This document shows, piece by piece, positions 51,270-61,593 of a stretch of 64,000 nt of DNA (positions are counted from its first letter, which is position 1; each line of letters starts with the position of its first letter). A program made the translations under genes and the position numbers. The DNA comes from Candidatus Poribacteria bacterium. Its GTDB lineage: Bacteria; Poribacteria; WGA-4E; PCPOR2b. The notes under the pieces are model-generated. The model was not told the origin of the DNA. It did not search any database and saw only the letters and a program-made list of their open reading frames with translations. The stretch lies in contig OZ244587.1 of assembly GCA_965218095.1 (NCBI GenBank), positions 3,488,001 to 3,552,000 on the forward strand, given 5' to 3'.

Positions 51270-52050
51270 TTATACCAACTTTTCGATTTCCGTACGAAGC
51301 GCTTCAAAAGTTTCTGCGACAGACATGCCTGCTTCCTGCAGTACTTCTGCTCTGCCGCAAACCGAACCGCGCCCGCCTTCGACAATCACCCCGGCGTGAC
51401 CAAACCACACACCCTCAAGATCATCCACAAACCGGCGGGATAAAAATGCAGTAATGCGGAGTCGAGAGGGCTTTTTCTTCAATCGTTCCGCAAATTGTTC
51501 CTCCGCAGCGCCACCCGGTTCACCATAAATAATCCCCGCATCTGTGGCGGGGGCATCTTCGAGTAACTCAACCAGATCCGTGAAATTTGAACCGACGATT
51601 GGATCGCCACCCACTCCGATGGCGATGCTTTGCCCAATGCCACGGCTGGTTAAATAACTGGCGATTTCGGTAGTCATACCGCCGCTGCGGGAAAGCACCG
51701 CGACATGTCTCCGCGTAAACGAGCGACGCACATTATCCACGCGCCCACCAATAGAAACACTTCTTCGGGGCGTTGCACTTTCGTCAAGGTTAAGCCCTCC
51801 AAACCGGGGCAAATCATCGCACGCAGATCCGCCTCCATATCCGCGCTCCCGGCGGGGTGGATACGCACGAAACGAAGCGAACCTCCCGGCGGATGTCCCA
51901 GGGCTTTTGCTGGCAGGGAGCGGGCGGTATCTTTCTCGGCACGCCATCCTCTAGATCGAACATCGCAACATCTAGCTTCAGCCCGAGGGCTTTATCGATC
52001 ATTTTCTGTTGATGCCCAGGCACGAACATCCAGGACCGCATCATCTGCAT
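51270..52050 (-). pseudogene. Fused remnants: CitE/HpcH-like lyase N-terminus and succinyl-CoA-synthetase-alpha-like C-terminus
   Basis: MRSWMFVPG...FDLEDGV (frameshifted) joined to VLSRSGGMT.E...GQS..IGVGGDP...YGEPGG...FGHAG. Confidence 0.75.
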
Positions 52051-52156
52051 ATAAACCTCCCATTCTCTGCCTCCGGGAAGAGGTCTTTTTCAGATTGCAT
52101 ATTTAATCCACCTTTCCGCAATCAGTTTTTTGCGGCTTTCAAAATGTTGCTGACCT

Positions 52157-53493
52157 CTACTTTGCCAACCACGCACTCTCAAACGCAATGACGCCGCCCG
52201 GTATGATATTCATATCACGAACTTTGGGTTGACACAGAAAGCTGGCGGGCAGGAGATAAAGCGGAATCAGGGACTCGGTCTGGTCGCTCGCTAAGGAGAG
52301 AACGTCACGATCTTGAGGAATTGGCATCGACAGCAGGGCAAGCGCATTAGAGCCGCTCTTGAGAATTTGCTGAAACGCATCGGGATTTGTCGTTTTGACC
52401 ACTACCTGCAACCCAATCTGAGATAGATAGTCACGTCCCAGCCGCGTTGCAATCGCGCTGCCTGCATTGTCCGGGAGTGGGGCGTAGATTAGACTGAGCG
52501 TTTGTGAACCATCCCAGCCTCCATGCTTTAAGCGTCTGCGCGCCTTCACACGGTCGTAGGAGAGTGTAGAGGGGATAGATGCCATCTGGGAGGATTTTTC
52601 CCCGTACTGCAACTGCAAGAGCGCATTCACATCAACTGCATATTTGATCACATTGTGCCAAGCCGGGGGGTTGGGGATTTGCGGCATCAGGCGAAGATAC
52701 ACAAGCGTTGCTGCATCTGTTTGAATCAAGACCTCATCGAGCTCTTCACGCTGGTGCCTTTCCGCTTCTGTGAAGGGAAGCGGCAAAGCATCTAAGACCC
52801 CCGATTCAAAATCGAACAGGGCTTCACGTATATTCGCATAGTAACGGAAGGTCACCCCGTCCAAATACGGTCTACCCCAAACGTAATCCAAGTTCGCCCG
52901 CAATCGTACTTCCGTCGAGCTGTAAGAATCCAGGCGAAATCGGCCTGTGCCGATCGGTTGCCGGTTCCCTTGTGTCGTGATCCACGCTGTCGGCGAAGTC
53001 AGTTTTCCAGGAATTCCGGATCGCCGGCTTGCAATGTAACCTGGAGGTGGGCATCATCAATGACGCGAATTCCTTGAATCTGTTCGGTCGTGTTGTTTCG
53101 ATACCCTTCCGTGCCCTTAATGAGGAACAGCGGTTGGAGAGAGACGAGCCAATTGCCATCTTGTACCGATCGTTCCCACCCCCGTTTCACATCACTCGCC
53201 CTCACCGGTTTGCTATTGTGAAATTTCGCCCCCTGCGCGATTGTAAACCGCCAGATCCGATGGTCATCGGAATGCGTCCAGCTTTGGGCAACCGCCGAGA
53301 TAATCCGTCCAAAACGATCGCGTTTCACCAGCCCTTCATACAGGTTTGACGAGACCTGCAGCTCCGCAAAATTGAGATAGTTGACCGCGTCCAGCGTTGT
53401 GACAGGCTGAAAAACCGCGTGCTGCAGCGTCCCCCCGAATCTCGGGTGTGGGGCAGATTCGACAGCTACAGCCATCAAACAGAGAATCGCCAT
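52157..53493 (-). pseudogene. Peptide ABC transporter substrate-binding protein (family 5), single frameshift at ~53003
   Basis: GGTL, LYEGLV, AQSW, FHN. Adding one A to GAAAACTG restores EKLTSPTAW...PIGTGRF...RPYLDGV. This could be a sequencing error. Confidence 0.7.
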
Positions 53494-53548
53494 GCAAAAA
53501 AAAGGGGGCAGATAAATCTTCCCGCCCCGGTCATTCCTTGATCTATAG

Positions 53549-53655
53549 AACGTAAAACGTAAAACGTAAAACGTAAAGCGTGAATGACCTCCTGAACCCT
53601 TGAACTCCTGAACTCATAGCTTTCTGAACCTCTGACCTCCTGAACCCTTGAACGC
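53549..53655. repeat. Short tandem 7-8-nt repeats
   Basis: (AACGTAA)x4, then TGAACCCT/TGAACTCC units; related tracts at 8935-8998 and 16482-16500. Confidence 0.7.
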
Positions 53656-53686
53656 CTTTACCTACCTTGTGTCTCTGTTGGTAGTA

Positions 53687-54937
53687 CTAACCTGCCTGCG
53701 CCATTTCGTCTAAGCTGCTCAACAGGGCATCCATCTCAATCTGCAGATTTCGCAGTTCTTTGGAAACATCATCACTTTCAAGGCGGGCGTTACTAATCTT
53801 AGCTGTCTTGATCCGTATGATTTTGGCGTGCGTGTTATCAAGCGACACACGAATCGTCGTCAACTGGGCATTGGTCTGTGCCGCCAGGTCTTCGATCTGC
53901 TCATGATTTTCAATTCGATCTTCGAGGGCTTTCAACGCTTCCTCATATTGAGAATACACCGTCGCGTTGGGCGCCTCTGCGAGCTTTCTCGTGATTTCCA
54001 CTCTTTCATCGTGGAGCTTTTGCATGTCGGTCGTCTGCAGGTAATCATCGATCTGTTGCAGGCGGGAGATGAGATTGGCGGCCTTTGCAAAAACGCTATC
54101 AATATGTTCAATCGAACTCTCCAACAGTGGTTTGACGCCTGCGTTAGCAGAATGAACCTGCTCAAAAATCCTATTACGAAGTTCACGAATCCGCGAAATG
54201 GGGCCAATGTATTTGGCTTTAAGTTTGAAGGGATATTCTTGCCAGGGTTCGAGCGCTTCTTGTTGAAAAGCCACTTCAGGCTTGAAGAGGTCACGATAGG
54301 CGATTACCTGGACACAGACAGCAAATGGGATAGTGATAAATATACCAACGATGAATCCGGCAACACCTATGAATGAGATGACGGTGAAGGACAGTCTATG
54401 CCAAAGCTGTGGCACGGTGAAAAATATTCCCATTGAGAATCCAACGATGCCCATAAGTGAAATAAAGGTCAAAGTCAGTCCATATAGCCAAAACCGTCCC
54501 CAATTCTTCAATGACCCCCACCCCTCCTTCCACTTAAATGTAAATACAGTTTTGAACGCAGTGCGAAAGGCGGCGCCGACAGCTTGCCGTTCGTCGATTA
54601 ACAGCGGAAATGCCAACATCGAAGTCGCCCAGACCAGTGGGGCGAATGGGAGGAGAGTGGTTGAAGCCAAAAAGATAAGCAATGAGAAGAACGCGCCCCA
54701 ATACCGCTGAAATCCCTTGAAGATGTCACGAATCCGTGGATTTTCTCCATGCACCGACTTCAACGCCATGTAATACAGACCGGCATAGAGTGGCGCAAAA
54801 AAAAAGACAATCAGCGGAGGAATGCAGATTAAAGCTGAGAAAAGGCTGGCAAAGAAAAAAGTGAATAGATTTTGTTTGTACAGTTTCCAGCCGTCAGTGA
54901 ACCATTTTTCAATCGTGACTGCGGGTTGATTTGCCAT
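53687..54937 (-). CDS. Hypothetical membrane protein with C-terminal coiled coil
   Basis: N-terminal multi-pass region (GWKLYKQN, DIFKGF) followed by a helical, charged C-terminus. Confidence 0.7.
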   Translation of the reverse strand: MANQPAVTIEKWFTDGWKLYKQNLFTFFFASLFSALICIPPLIVFFFAPLYAGLYYMALKSVHGENPRIRDIFKGFQRYWGAFFSLLIFLASTTLLPFAPLVWATSMLAFPLLIDERQAVGAAFRTAFKTVFTFKWKEGWGSLKNWGRFWLYGLTLTFISLMGIVGFSMGIFFTVPQLWHRLSFTVISFIGVAGFIVGIFITIPFAVCVQVIAYRDLFKPEVAFQQEALEPWQEYPFKLKAKYIGPISRIRELRNRIFEQVHSANAGVKPLLESSIEHIDSVFAKAANLISRLQQIDDYLQTTDMQKLHDERVEITRKLAEAPNATVYSQYEEALKALEDRIENHEQIEDLAAQTNAQLTTIRVSLDNTHAKIIRIKTAKISNARLESDDVSKELRNLQIEMDALLSSLDEMAQAG

Positions 54938-55544
54938 AAATTCGCCGCACACAACATGCCCCCTTTGTCTGAAACAAGGCATTGTAGAAGTGTGGTACTT
55001 CTCCTTTCTTTTAGGGCTTCAGCTTAACCGGCAACAAGATTTTCAGAAGTCGAGCGGGTCCGATCTTCGATTGAGACGAGCACTGCCAAGTTCCGTTCCG
55101 AGAATCCCGATTCCTCGGGGCCCGTTTGATCTTGACAACAAAACAACATGAATCCCGATCTATCGGGACTCTACGGGATCTCCGTTTTGCGAAGTCTCGT
55201 TGTAGTGCTAGGTGCCAACGAGGCATTTAAAACGTGGTAACGCTCTATATTGTTAAAAATCTCCAATAACACCCATTTTGTGGGCGATACGTTCTCTGCC
55301 ACGTCGTTTTCGTGACAACCGTTGGTTGGTCTTGCGCACCACTTTCTGGTGCTGTTTGAAGAAACTAGGAGATTGAGCATCGGCACCGTCTGACGCCGTG
55401 AGATAAGTTTTCAGCCCAAAGTCGAAGCCGACGATTTTACCGGTTCGCTCAACGACTTGCGGCTGTGTTTCGGCATCGGTGACAGCAATGATATAGAGGT
55501 CTCCGACGCCAGATCTAAAGATCGGGGGTTTCTCGCGTTTTCTC

Positions 55545-55611
55545 TAAGGAAAAACCTGGTTTTGGATTCGGGATAAACTTCAAATTTCGGCTGTCCTGTC
55601 GCTTGAACCAT
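55545..55611 (-). pseudogene. Short remnant resembling the DUF3471-type C-terminal domain of serine hydrolases
   Basis: VQATGQPKFEVYPESKTRFFL; flanking sequence is non-coding. Confidence 0.4.
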
Positions 55612-55826
55612 AAGGCACTAAAAATAATCACTATTTTAAGCAAGGAGGTATTATGAAAAGAAAACACCCCCAAAAACGGGTGAATCCCATCCCAATGATA
55701 ACCACTGTTACCGCCCCTTGCGGATGGTCAGAGGACTAACCGCAGATTTTCAAGCCCGTGTTCTATTGTGTTGAGATTGGAATGACGCATAGTATATGCG
55801 AAATAGGGTAGGATTAGCGTTCTTCA

Positions 55827-57959
55827 TCACTGCTGAATGTTGAGGCTGAAGCGTACATGTCGTTCAGCGGCTGGATAAAAGTAGACCAGTCCACTCCCTG
55901 AAGCATCGGGGAAACCCGTTGTACTGTAGGATTTATCAAAGATATTGAATACGTCGAATGTAGCAGAAACGAGACCGAGTTGATATCCAAGCCGAGCATC
56001 CACAGTGGTATAGTTGGGAAGCGTAATCGTATTCGCGTCATTGAGAAAAATACGGTTTGCAGATTTAACGATGATGCTGCCATCAACCCCGGATTTGTGT
56101 ACGGCGTTGACGCCGCCAACGATGACATCGCGTGGGATTGCCTTTAGGAACTTCCCTTCATTCTTGCCAATTTGGGATTTTGCGGACTGATGTGTGTAAT
56201 TGAGGAAAAGATTCAGATTCGACTTGATGCTAAACTTTATTCCGGTCTCAACTCCCTGGTGACGACTTTTACCTATGTTCACGTATTCGAGCTTCTGAAG
56301 GTCAAAATCCAACTCATCTTTCATATCCATTGTATACGCAGCGAGCGAAAATTCGCCGAACAACAGGTTTGGAGAGAGTACCACACGATGATAACCTCCC
56401 ACCTCCAGAGATGTCCCAAATTGTGGGTTCAGGTCACCGCTTGAGAGCAAGATTTTGAACGGTGGATCCGGTGGAAATTGAACGATAATCGAGCGCTGGT
56501 CATAGAGCTGATCGAGTGTTGGGGCCTTGAACGACCGAGAAACGTTGGTGTACAAATTACCGACATGCTTCTCTGTGTTAAGATAACGGTAATTCGCCCC
56601 CGCTTTTGGGCTGAACTCCGAATGGGTTGTCGATTGTCCCTCCCCTTGACTGGGTACTTTCGGGGTAAATTCATCTCGAAGTATATCGGCGCGTCCTCCT
56701 AGGATAATACGCAGTTTTTGAATCGGCATTAGTTCGTATTGAAGGAATCCAGCAATCGAATGTCGAGTGCTATCGCCCTGTTCGTCCAACTTTCCCCGCG
56801 TGACAGAGACCGCATTCCTATAGTCATTCAATCCACCAAGGAAGAATTGATAATACTCGGACGAGAGCGAGTGCAATCCCGCGTCAATGCCAAGGATGAG
56901 ACGATTTTTAAAGGGAAGTCCAAGTTGGTCGAACGTCAGTTGAAGTGAGCTCGCGAGGCGTGATACTGTAAGCAAGCGATTCTTTGTATCGGCAAATTTG
57001 GGACTCAGCGGAAGTGTCCTGACAGCATCAGAATCGCGAATCTCTCCGGAAATCGTACTCGAGAATTGAATCGTTTCATGAAGTTTATACTCACCTGTTA
57101 ACGCGCCACGATGCGTTCGGTCGGTGGTATGGTCAAATTTAAAGTACGGCGAGGATTGAGTGCGAGACTCGTCTAATTTAGCACTGGTCAACGGACCAGG
57201 TTCATCAAATTGCTGGAAGTGATGAGTCGTAGAAAGGGAGAGTGAGGCGTTCGGTGTTTGAAGCACCGTGAAGGAACCACCAATATTTTCTACCGCACGG
57301 TCGGCATGTTCCCGGAACCCGGTGTCTCTTTCCCCCGATCCAAATACCATATACTGATGCCCATTCCAAACACTGCTTGCTCGCGCCTGTGCGCCGAGTG
57401 AACCAAACGTCCCGCCAGTTACTGAAAACTGTGTTGAGGGTGTATGTTCGCCTGATGTAACAATGTTGACAACGCCGCCAATTGCTGAATCGCCGTAAAG
57501 CGAAGATGCGCCCCCGCGCAGAAATTCAATTGACTTAATACTTGACAGCGGAATGGCATTCCAGTTCATCAGCCCTTTCTCGAGTTCGTTGAGCGGTTTT
57601 CCGTCCATCATAACAAGCACATACTCCGCTTCGCCGCCACCATAAAAACCGCGCAGACTCGCTAACGAGTCGCGTCCGAGCCCATCACGGTTCAAGAAGA
57701 CAACTCCGGGCAAAGTTCCCAAGGCATCGGAGAGATTCTTAAGTGGCAACGATTTTATTTCAGAGGAAGTACGGACGGACACAGCAGCGGTAGACTCGAA
57801 AAGCGGGTGTGCCATGCGCTCCGTGGTTACAATAATTTCCTTGAGTTGATAAATCCGATTGGAGTCATCATCCGCTACGACACGGCCGAGGAAAATCGGC
57901 GAAAACTGATTGATGCAGATTACGGCAAGAACAACTAGATTAAAACGTTGATTGAACAT
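55827..57959 (-). CDS. TonB-dependent receptor
   Basis: Signal peptide, EIIVTTER TonB box, plug SLRG...VMMDG, IEFLRGGASSLYG.AIGGVVNIVT, FKAPTLDQLY, NIFDKSY. Confidence 0.93.
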   Translation of the reverse strand: MFNQRFNLVVLAVICINQFSPIFLGRVVADDDSNRIYQLKEIIVTTERMAHPLFESTAAVSVRTSSEIKSLPLKNLSDALGTLPGVVFLNRDGLGRDSLASLRGFYGGGEAEYVLVMMDGKPLNELEKGLMNWNAIPLSSIKSIEFLRGGASSLYGDSAIGGVVNIVTSGEHTPSTQFSVTGGTFGSLGAQARASSVWNGHQYMVFGSGERDTGFREHADRAVENIGGSFTVLQTPNASLSLSTTHHFQQFDEPGPLTSAKLDESRTQSSPYFKFDHTTDRTHRGALTGEYKLHETIQFSSTISGEIRDSDAVRTLPLSPKFADTKNRLLTVSRLASSLQLTFDQLGLPFKNRLILGIDAGLHSLSSEYYQFFLGGLNDYRNAVSVTRGKLDEQGDSTRHSIAGFLQYELMPIQKLRIILGGRADILRDEFTPKVPSQGEGQSTTHSEFSPKAGANYRYLNTEKHVGNLYTNVSRSFKAPTLDQLYDQRSIIVQFPPDPPFKILLSSGDLNPQFGTSLEVGGYHRVVLSPNLLFGEFSLAAYTMDMKDELDFDLQKLEYVNIGKSRHQGVETGIKFSIKSNLNLFLNYTHQSAKSQIGKNEGKFLKAIPRDVIVGGVNAVHKSGVDGSIIVKSANRIFLNDANTITLPNYTTVDARLGYQLGLVSATFDVFNIFDKSYSTTGFPDASGSGLVYFYPAAERHVRFSLNIQQ

Positions 57960-58726
57960 GAGGATTTCTCCTTCCAAGACAATATCCGTGGTGTCCAGAA
58001 CGGCTACATGGATAAATTCACGGCAGATGGTTAGGAATTGAACACAGGTGGTCAGGGATTGAACGATTTTATCGCCAGCAAAGCCTCTACACTCGATAAC
58101 AGATTCCAGAGCGAAGCCAGACCACAATCGAAGCCATCGGTGCAATCCCAAACCCGCTCCGCGATTCGATCCGTATAAGTGGTTTAGCTGTCCAAGCGGC
58201 GATTGATGCAGTCAGCCGGTTCAGCAAACTCAATTGTCCGGCTTTAAGACCGAACTCAAGTTTCGACCCGGATAAAGGATGAAGCCAGAAACCGAGTTTT
58301 TTCCAACCAACACCCACAATTTCAGCCAAAATGTGTTTCGTCATCAAGCCTCCCTTTCGGGGCGGTTCAATTGAACTTTCGAGGGTCATCCGCCAATGAA
58401 AAACTCGGTTTCTCTCCAATAGGTCAATACTTGGGTGACCTATCGCCTCGACGATGAATTTCTAGGCGACTTTAGTCGTCATCATGGTCATGGTCGTCGT
58501 CATATGCTTGGAACTTCAAGTTCGGAGCAAGTATTCGACTTTTGTATTGACAGGATTGGCAAATGGTGTACCAACGACGTGTAGTCGTAGTGCATAGTAG
58601 GTGCTAGAATCCAGTTTCGGAATGATTGGCTTAGGAACAGATTTGATAATCGGCTTGCGTACCGTTGACTTTGGGGGGTTCAGTGGGTGTGAGAATATTC
58701 TTAATGTCCCAACCGCGCCAACGATG

Positions 58727-59212
58727 CTAATCATCATCGTCTGCTTCTGTCATTGGAAGCGCCGAATTCATTTCTGATCGAATCTCCGAATGACGTATCT
58801 TCCCACCCAGATCTGCTGTCCATGCCATCAATGCCGAGACGACAATTGCAAGTATCAACGCTAACGTGACATATCCTTTTAGAAGGGTATCGGCATGACG
58901 AGAACGCCACAGCACGATTAAGGCGAGAATGCCCAAGATGCCAACGGCTATAAGGGAGACCAGTGCTGCTTCTTCATGTTCCTCAATAATCGGTTCAGCC
59001 ACACCCGGCAGATGTTCGACGATTTCTTCCGTTGGCTCACCGGTGAAATAAACCGGCAGCGTCGCTACGGCAATGATGACGAAGACGCCCAAACTCACGC
59101 GCTTGATTTCTTCGTTTTTCTTTGCCATACCGAAAACCAGCAATAGCGTACCAAACACCGTTCCTAAAACCGGAATGTGATTGAGCAAAAGATGTACATG
59201 CGCCCAATTCAT
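58727..59212 (-). CDS. His-containing 4-TM membrane protein (DUF2231-like)
   Basis: HVHLLLNHIP, TGE, IEEHEEAA, TADLGGKIRHSEIR. Confidence 0.7.
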   Translation of the reverse strand: MNWAHVHLLLNHIPVLGTVFGTLLLVFGMAKKNEEIKRVSLGVFVIIAVATLPVYFTGEPTEEIVEHLPGVAEPIIEEHEEAALVSLIAVGILGILALIVLWRSRHADTLLKGYVTLALILAIVVSALMAWTADLGGKIRHSEIRSEMNSALPMTEADDDD

Positions 59213-59430
59213 AGGATTTACCTCCGAGATTAGATTTGGTAAAAGGGGAAATGCTCCTCGAAAGTTCCGTTCAATCAAGACGCCACTTCAATATCACCGA
59301 TAAAACCGAAATTCTCAGATGCGCCCGTCAGTCCAATGGGAAATCCGACGCCGAATTCCAGTCCGAACGCTTCCTATTCGATAGCAGGGATGAGCGCAAG
59401 TTGGTTCGCCTCTCCGAATAAGTGAATAGC

Positions 59431-59446
59431 AGCAAACGGTATGCCA
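59431..59446 (-). promoter_or_regulatory. sigma54 (-24/-12) promoter
   Basis: Minus strand TGGCATACCGTTTGCT has GG-N10-GC spacing. The upstream palindrome TGTTCA-N5-TGAACA (59520-59536) is a candidate activator site. Confidence 0.7.
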
Positions 59447-60205
59447 AAACTAATTCAAAGTGGAAATGGCGTCTATACGCGAATTTCTAATGATTTTTGC
59501 CTGATTTACTTTTTCAGGTTGTTCATTTTTTGAACAGTCCTGTTCAAGAGAACTGAAGGCCACAGCCCTCTCCCGCTCGAAAACCACTAACGATCCTGCA
59601 ACCTTTGTGCAACGTTGCGTTCTTCCTGCTCAACCGCATTGGAATAAATCGCCGTCGTTTTGATACGGTGCATTTGCAAAGATTAAAACGAAAACTTCGG
59701 TTACAAATCCGGATGTGCTACACTGCGAGGTACAACCCAAACAGTCTTATTGCTTCTCACACATCCTGAAAATGGAACCAATGAACATTCGTCAGCAGAT
59801 TGGGTCGGTTCAGGTTCAACAACTGGTAATCACAACGACAGCAACCGATTTGACATTGATATGGTCACTGAAAGGTATAACCAAAGTGGAAAAGCTAGAG
59901 GCACCGGAAATGAAGCCCTTGGAATTGGCTGCGTGTCTCATACATTTCTGCAAGCCGCTGGCGTTGAATTGGTTGCCGTCGTTTTTGCGGAGGAGCTGGC
60001 GATTGAAAAGAAAGACACAAATCTGATACAGAATCAAACGGATATTTTCCTGACTTGCCCCCAGTTTTTAAGGAGAGCGTATCATCATCGATCATGCGCC
60101 GATACCACTCTCAAAGGTATAGTTGGAAAGAAAATCGTACATCTGCTCAACGGTATAGTCAGCGTATGGGCCGAATTTATGGGAGTTTTCAGGAACGGCT
60201 ATTCA

Positions 60206-61333
60206 TCACACGGCGTACGCAACCGAGCCGTCCTCGCGCAATAAGGTCTGGCCGGTGTTCATGGGTTGGTAGGGAGTTTGATCAATCAAGCTGTCGTCGA
60301 GCTCCACACCCAGCCCTGGCATTTCAGGAATCGGGATAAAGCCTCCCTCACGTTGGTACGAGGTTTTGTAGACCGCGTGGTGCGAGGCTTCGTCGCCCTT
60401 GGAGTACTCTTGGGTAATGAAGTTCGGGATGCTGGCGTCGAGGTGCAGCGAGGCAGCTGTGGTCAACGGCCCTAAGAAATTGTGGGTGACCACAGCACTA
60501 TGGTAAGATTCGGCGATAGCGGCGATTTTTTTGCAGTGGGTTAGACCGCCGGCCAGGGCCACATCTGGGCGGACGTACTGAGGTCCGCCTATGGCGAGCA
60601 ACTCGCGGAACTCCCAGATTGTGGTCAGGCGTTCACCGTTGCCCAGGGGGACGGAGATGCGCTTGGCGAGCTCCGCCTGAGAAACAATGCTGTCGATCTG
60701 GATCGGGTCTTCCAGAAAGTAGAGATTGAAAGGCGCCAGCGTCTCGGCCAGGACGATGCCGTTCATGGGCGTGAGCTTGCGGTGGACTTCGACGATGAGA
60801 TCCAGGTCGGGTCCGCCCCCCTCGCGTGCCGCCGCAACTAGATCGCGAGCCGTCTTGACGAGGCGATCCAGCCCCATATCCTGGTATCCGCTGACCACGG
60901 GATCGAACTTCAGCGCGGTGAATCCTTCTTCCACTGCGGCTTTGGCGGCCTGAAACATCGTCTCGGGAGTGGAACCACCGCCCAACAGATGCAGGCGGAT
61001 TTTGTCACGGCAATTGCCGCCTAGCAGTTCCCACACCGGGGCGCCAAAGTGCTTGCCTTTGATGTCCCACAGGGCAATATCTACGGCACTGATGGCGCCG
61101 CAGAGTGCCGTACCTCGAAACGGGCCCATGCGGTAGAGGTACTGCCAGTGATGTTCGATGCGCAAGGGATTCTGCCCAATCAGGTATTTCTCGAAGGTCG
61201 CAATGATTCTTTCCACCGCTTCAGGGTAGCCCCAGCAAGCGGTCTGACCGATACCGCTGAGGCCATTATCGGTATGGATGCGAAGCACGTAGCCGTTGCC
61301 GATAAAGAAGGATTCGATTCTTTCGATTTTCAT
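60206..61333 (-). CDS. Mandelate racemase/enolase-superfamily dehydratase (DgoD-like)
   Basis: AISAVDIALWDIKGK, GFTALKFDP, EVH, FLEDP, GERL, THNFLGP, PGLGVELD. Confidence 0.9.
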   Translation of the reverse strand: MKIERIESFFIGNGYVLRIHTDNGLSGIGQTACWGYPEAVERIIATFEKYLIGQNPLRIEHHWQYLYRMGPFRGTALCGAISAVDIALWDIKGKHFGAPVWELLGGNCRDKIRLHLLGGGSTPETMFQAAKAAVEEGFTALKFDPVVSGYQDMGLDRLVKTARDLVAAAREGGGPDLDLIVEVHRKLTPMNGIVLAETLAPFNLYFLEDPIQIDSIVSQAELAKRISVPLGNGERLTTIWEFRELLAIGGPQYVRPDVALAGGLTHCKKIAAIAESYHSAVVTHNFLGPLTTAASLHLDASIPNFITQEYSKGDEASHHAVYKTSYQREGGFIPIPEMPGLGVELDDSLIDQTPYQPMNTGQTLLREDGSVAYAV

Positions 61334-61593
61334 AGGAGACTCCTTGGTATGTGATAGCACAAAAATTCTGTCGCCCAATTTAGCAGAGCGCATAACAGTT
61401 CAAAGGAGGATTTGGTTCTAAGCTGCACCGTTGTCTTCTTCTTCAATGAAATCTGCCCAAAGTTGCTCCAGATTGATGACAAGCCTATCGAACAGGTGGG
61501 GGCAGAAATCCTCGCCGCTATCCACAGTGCCAGCCCGCAAGTATCCTTCCGATGACGGAAGAGTCCTCGATCCGTTAGCTTGCGTAATATGTC

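Noticed and set aside
52990-53010. Programmed frameshift in the peptide-binding protein gene
   Set aside because: A single missing A in a short homopolymer, with no slippery heptamer or stimulator. An indel or sequencing error is simpler.
59715-60200. Overlapping short ORFs between the sigma54 region and the dehydratase
   Set aside because: No recognisable motif or RBS in any frame. Possibly a decayed gene, but I cannot support a call.
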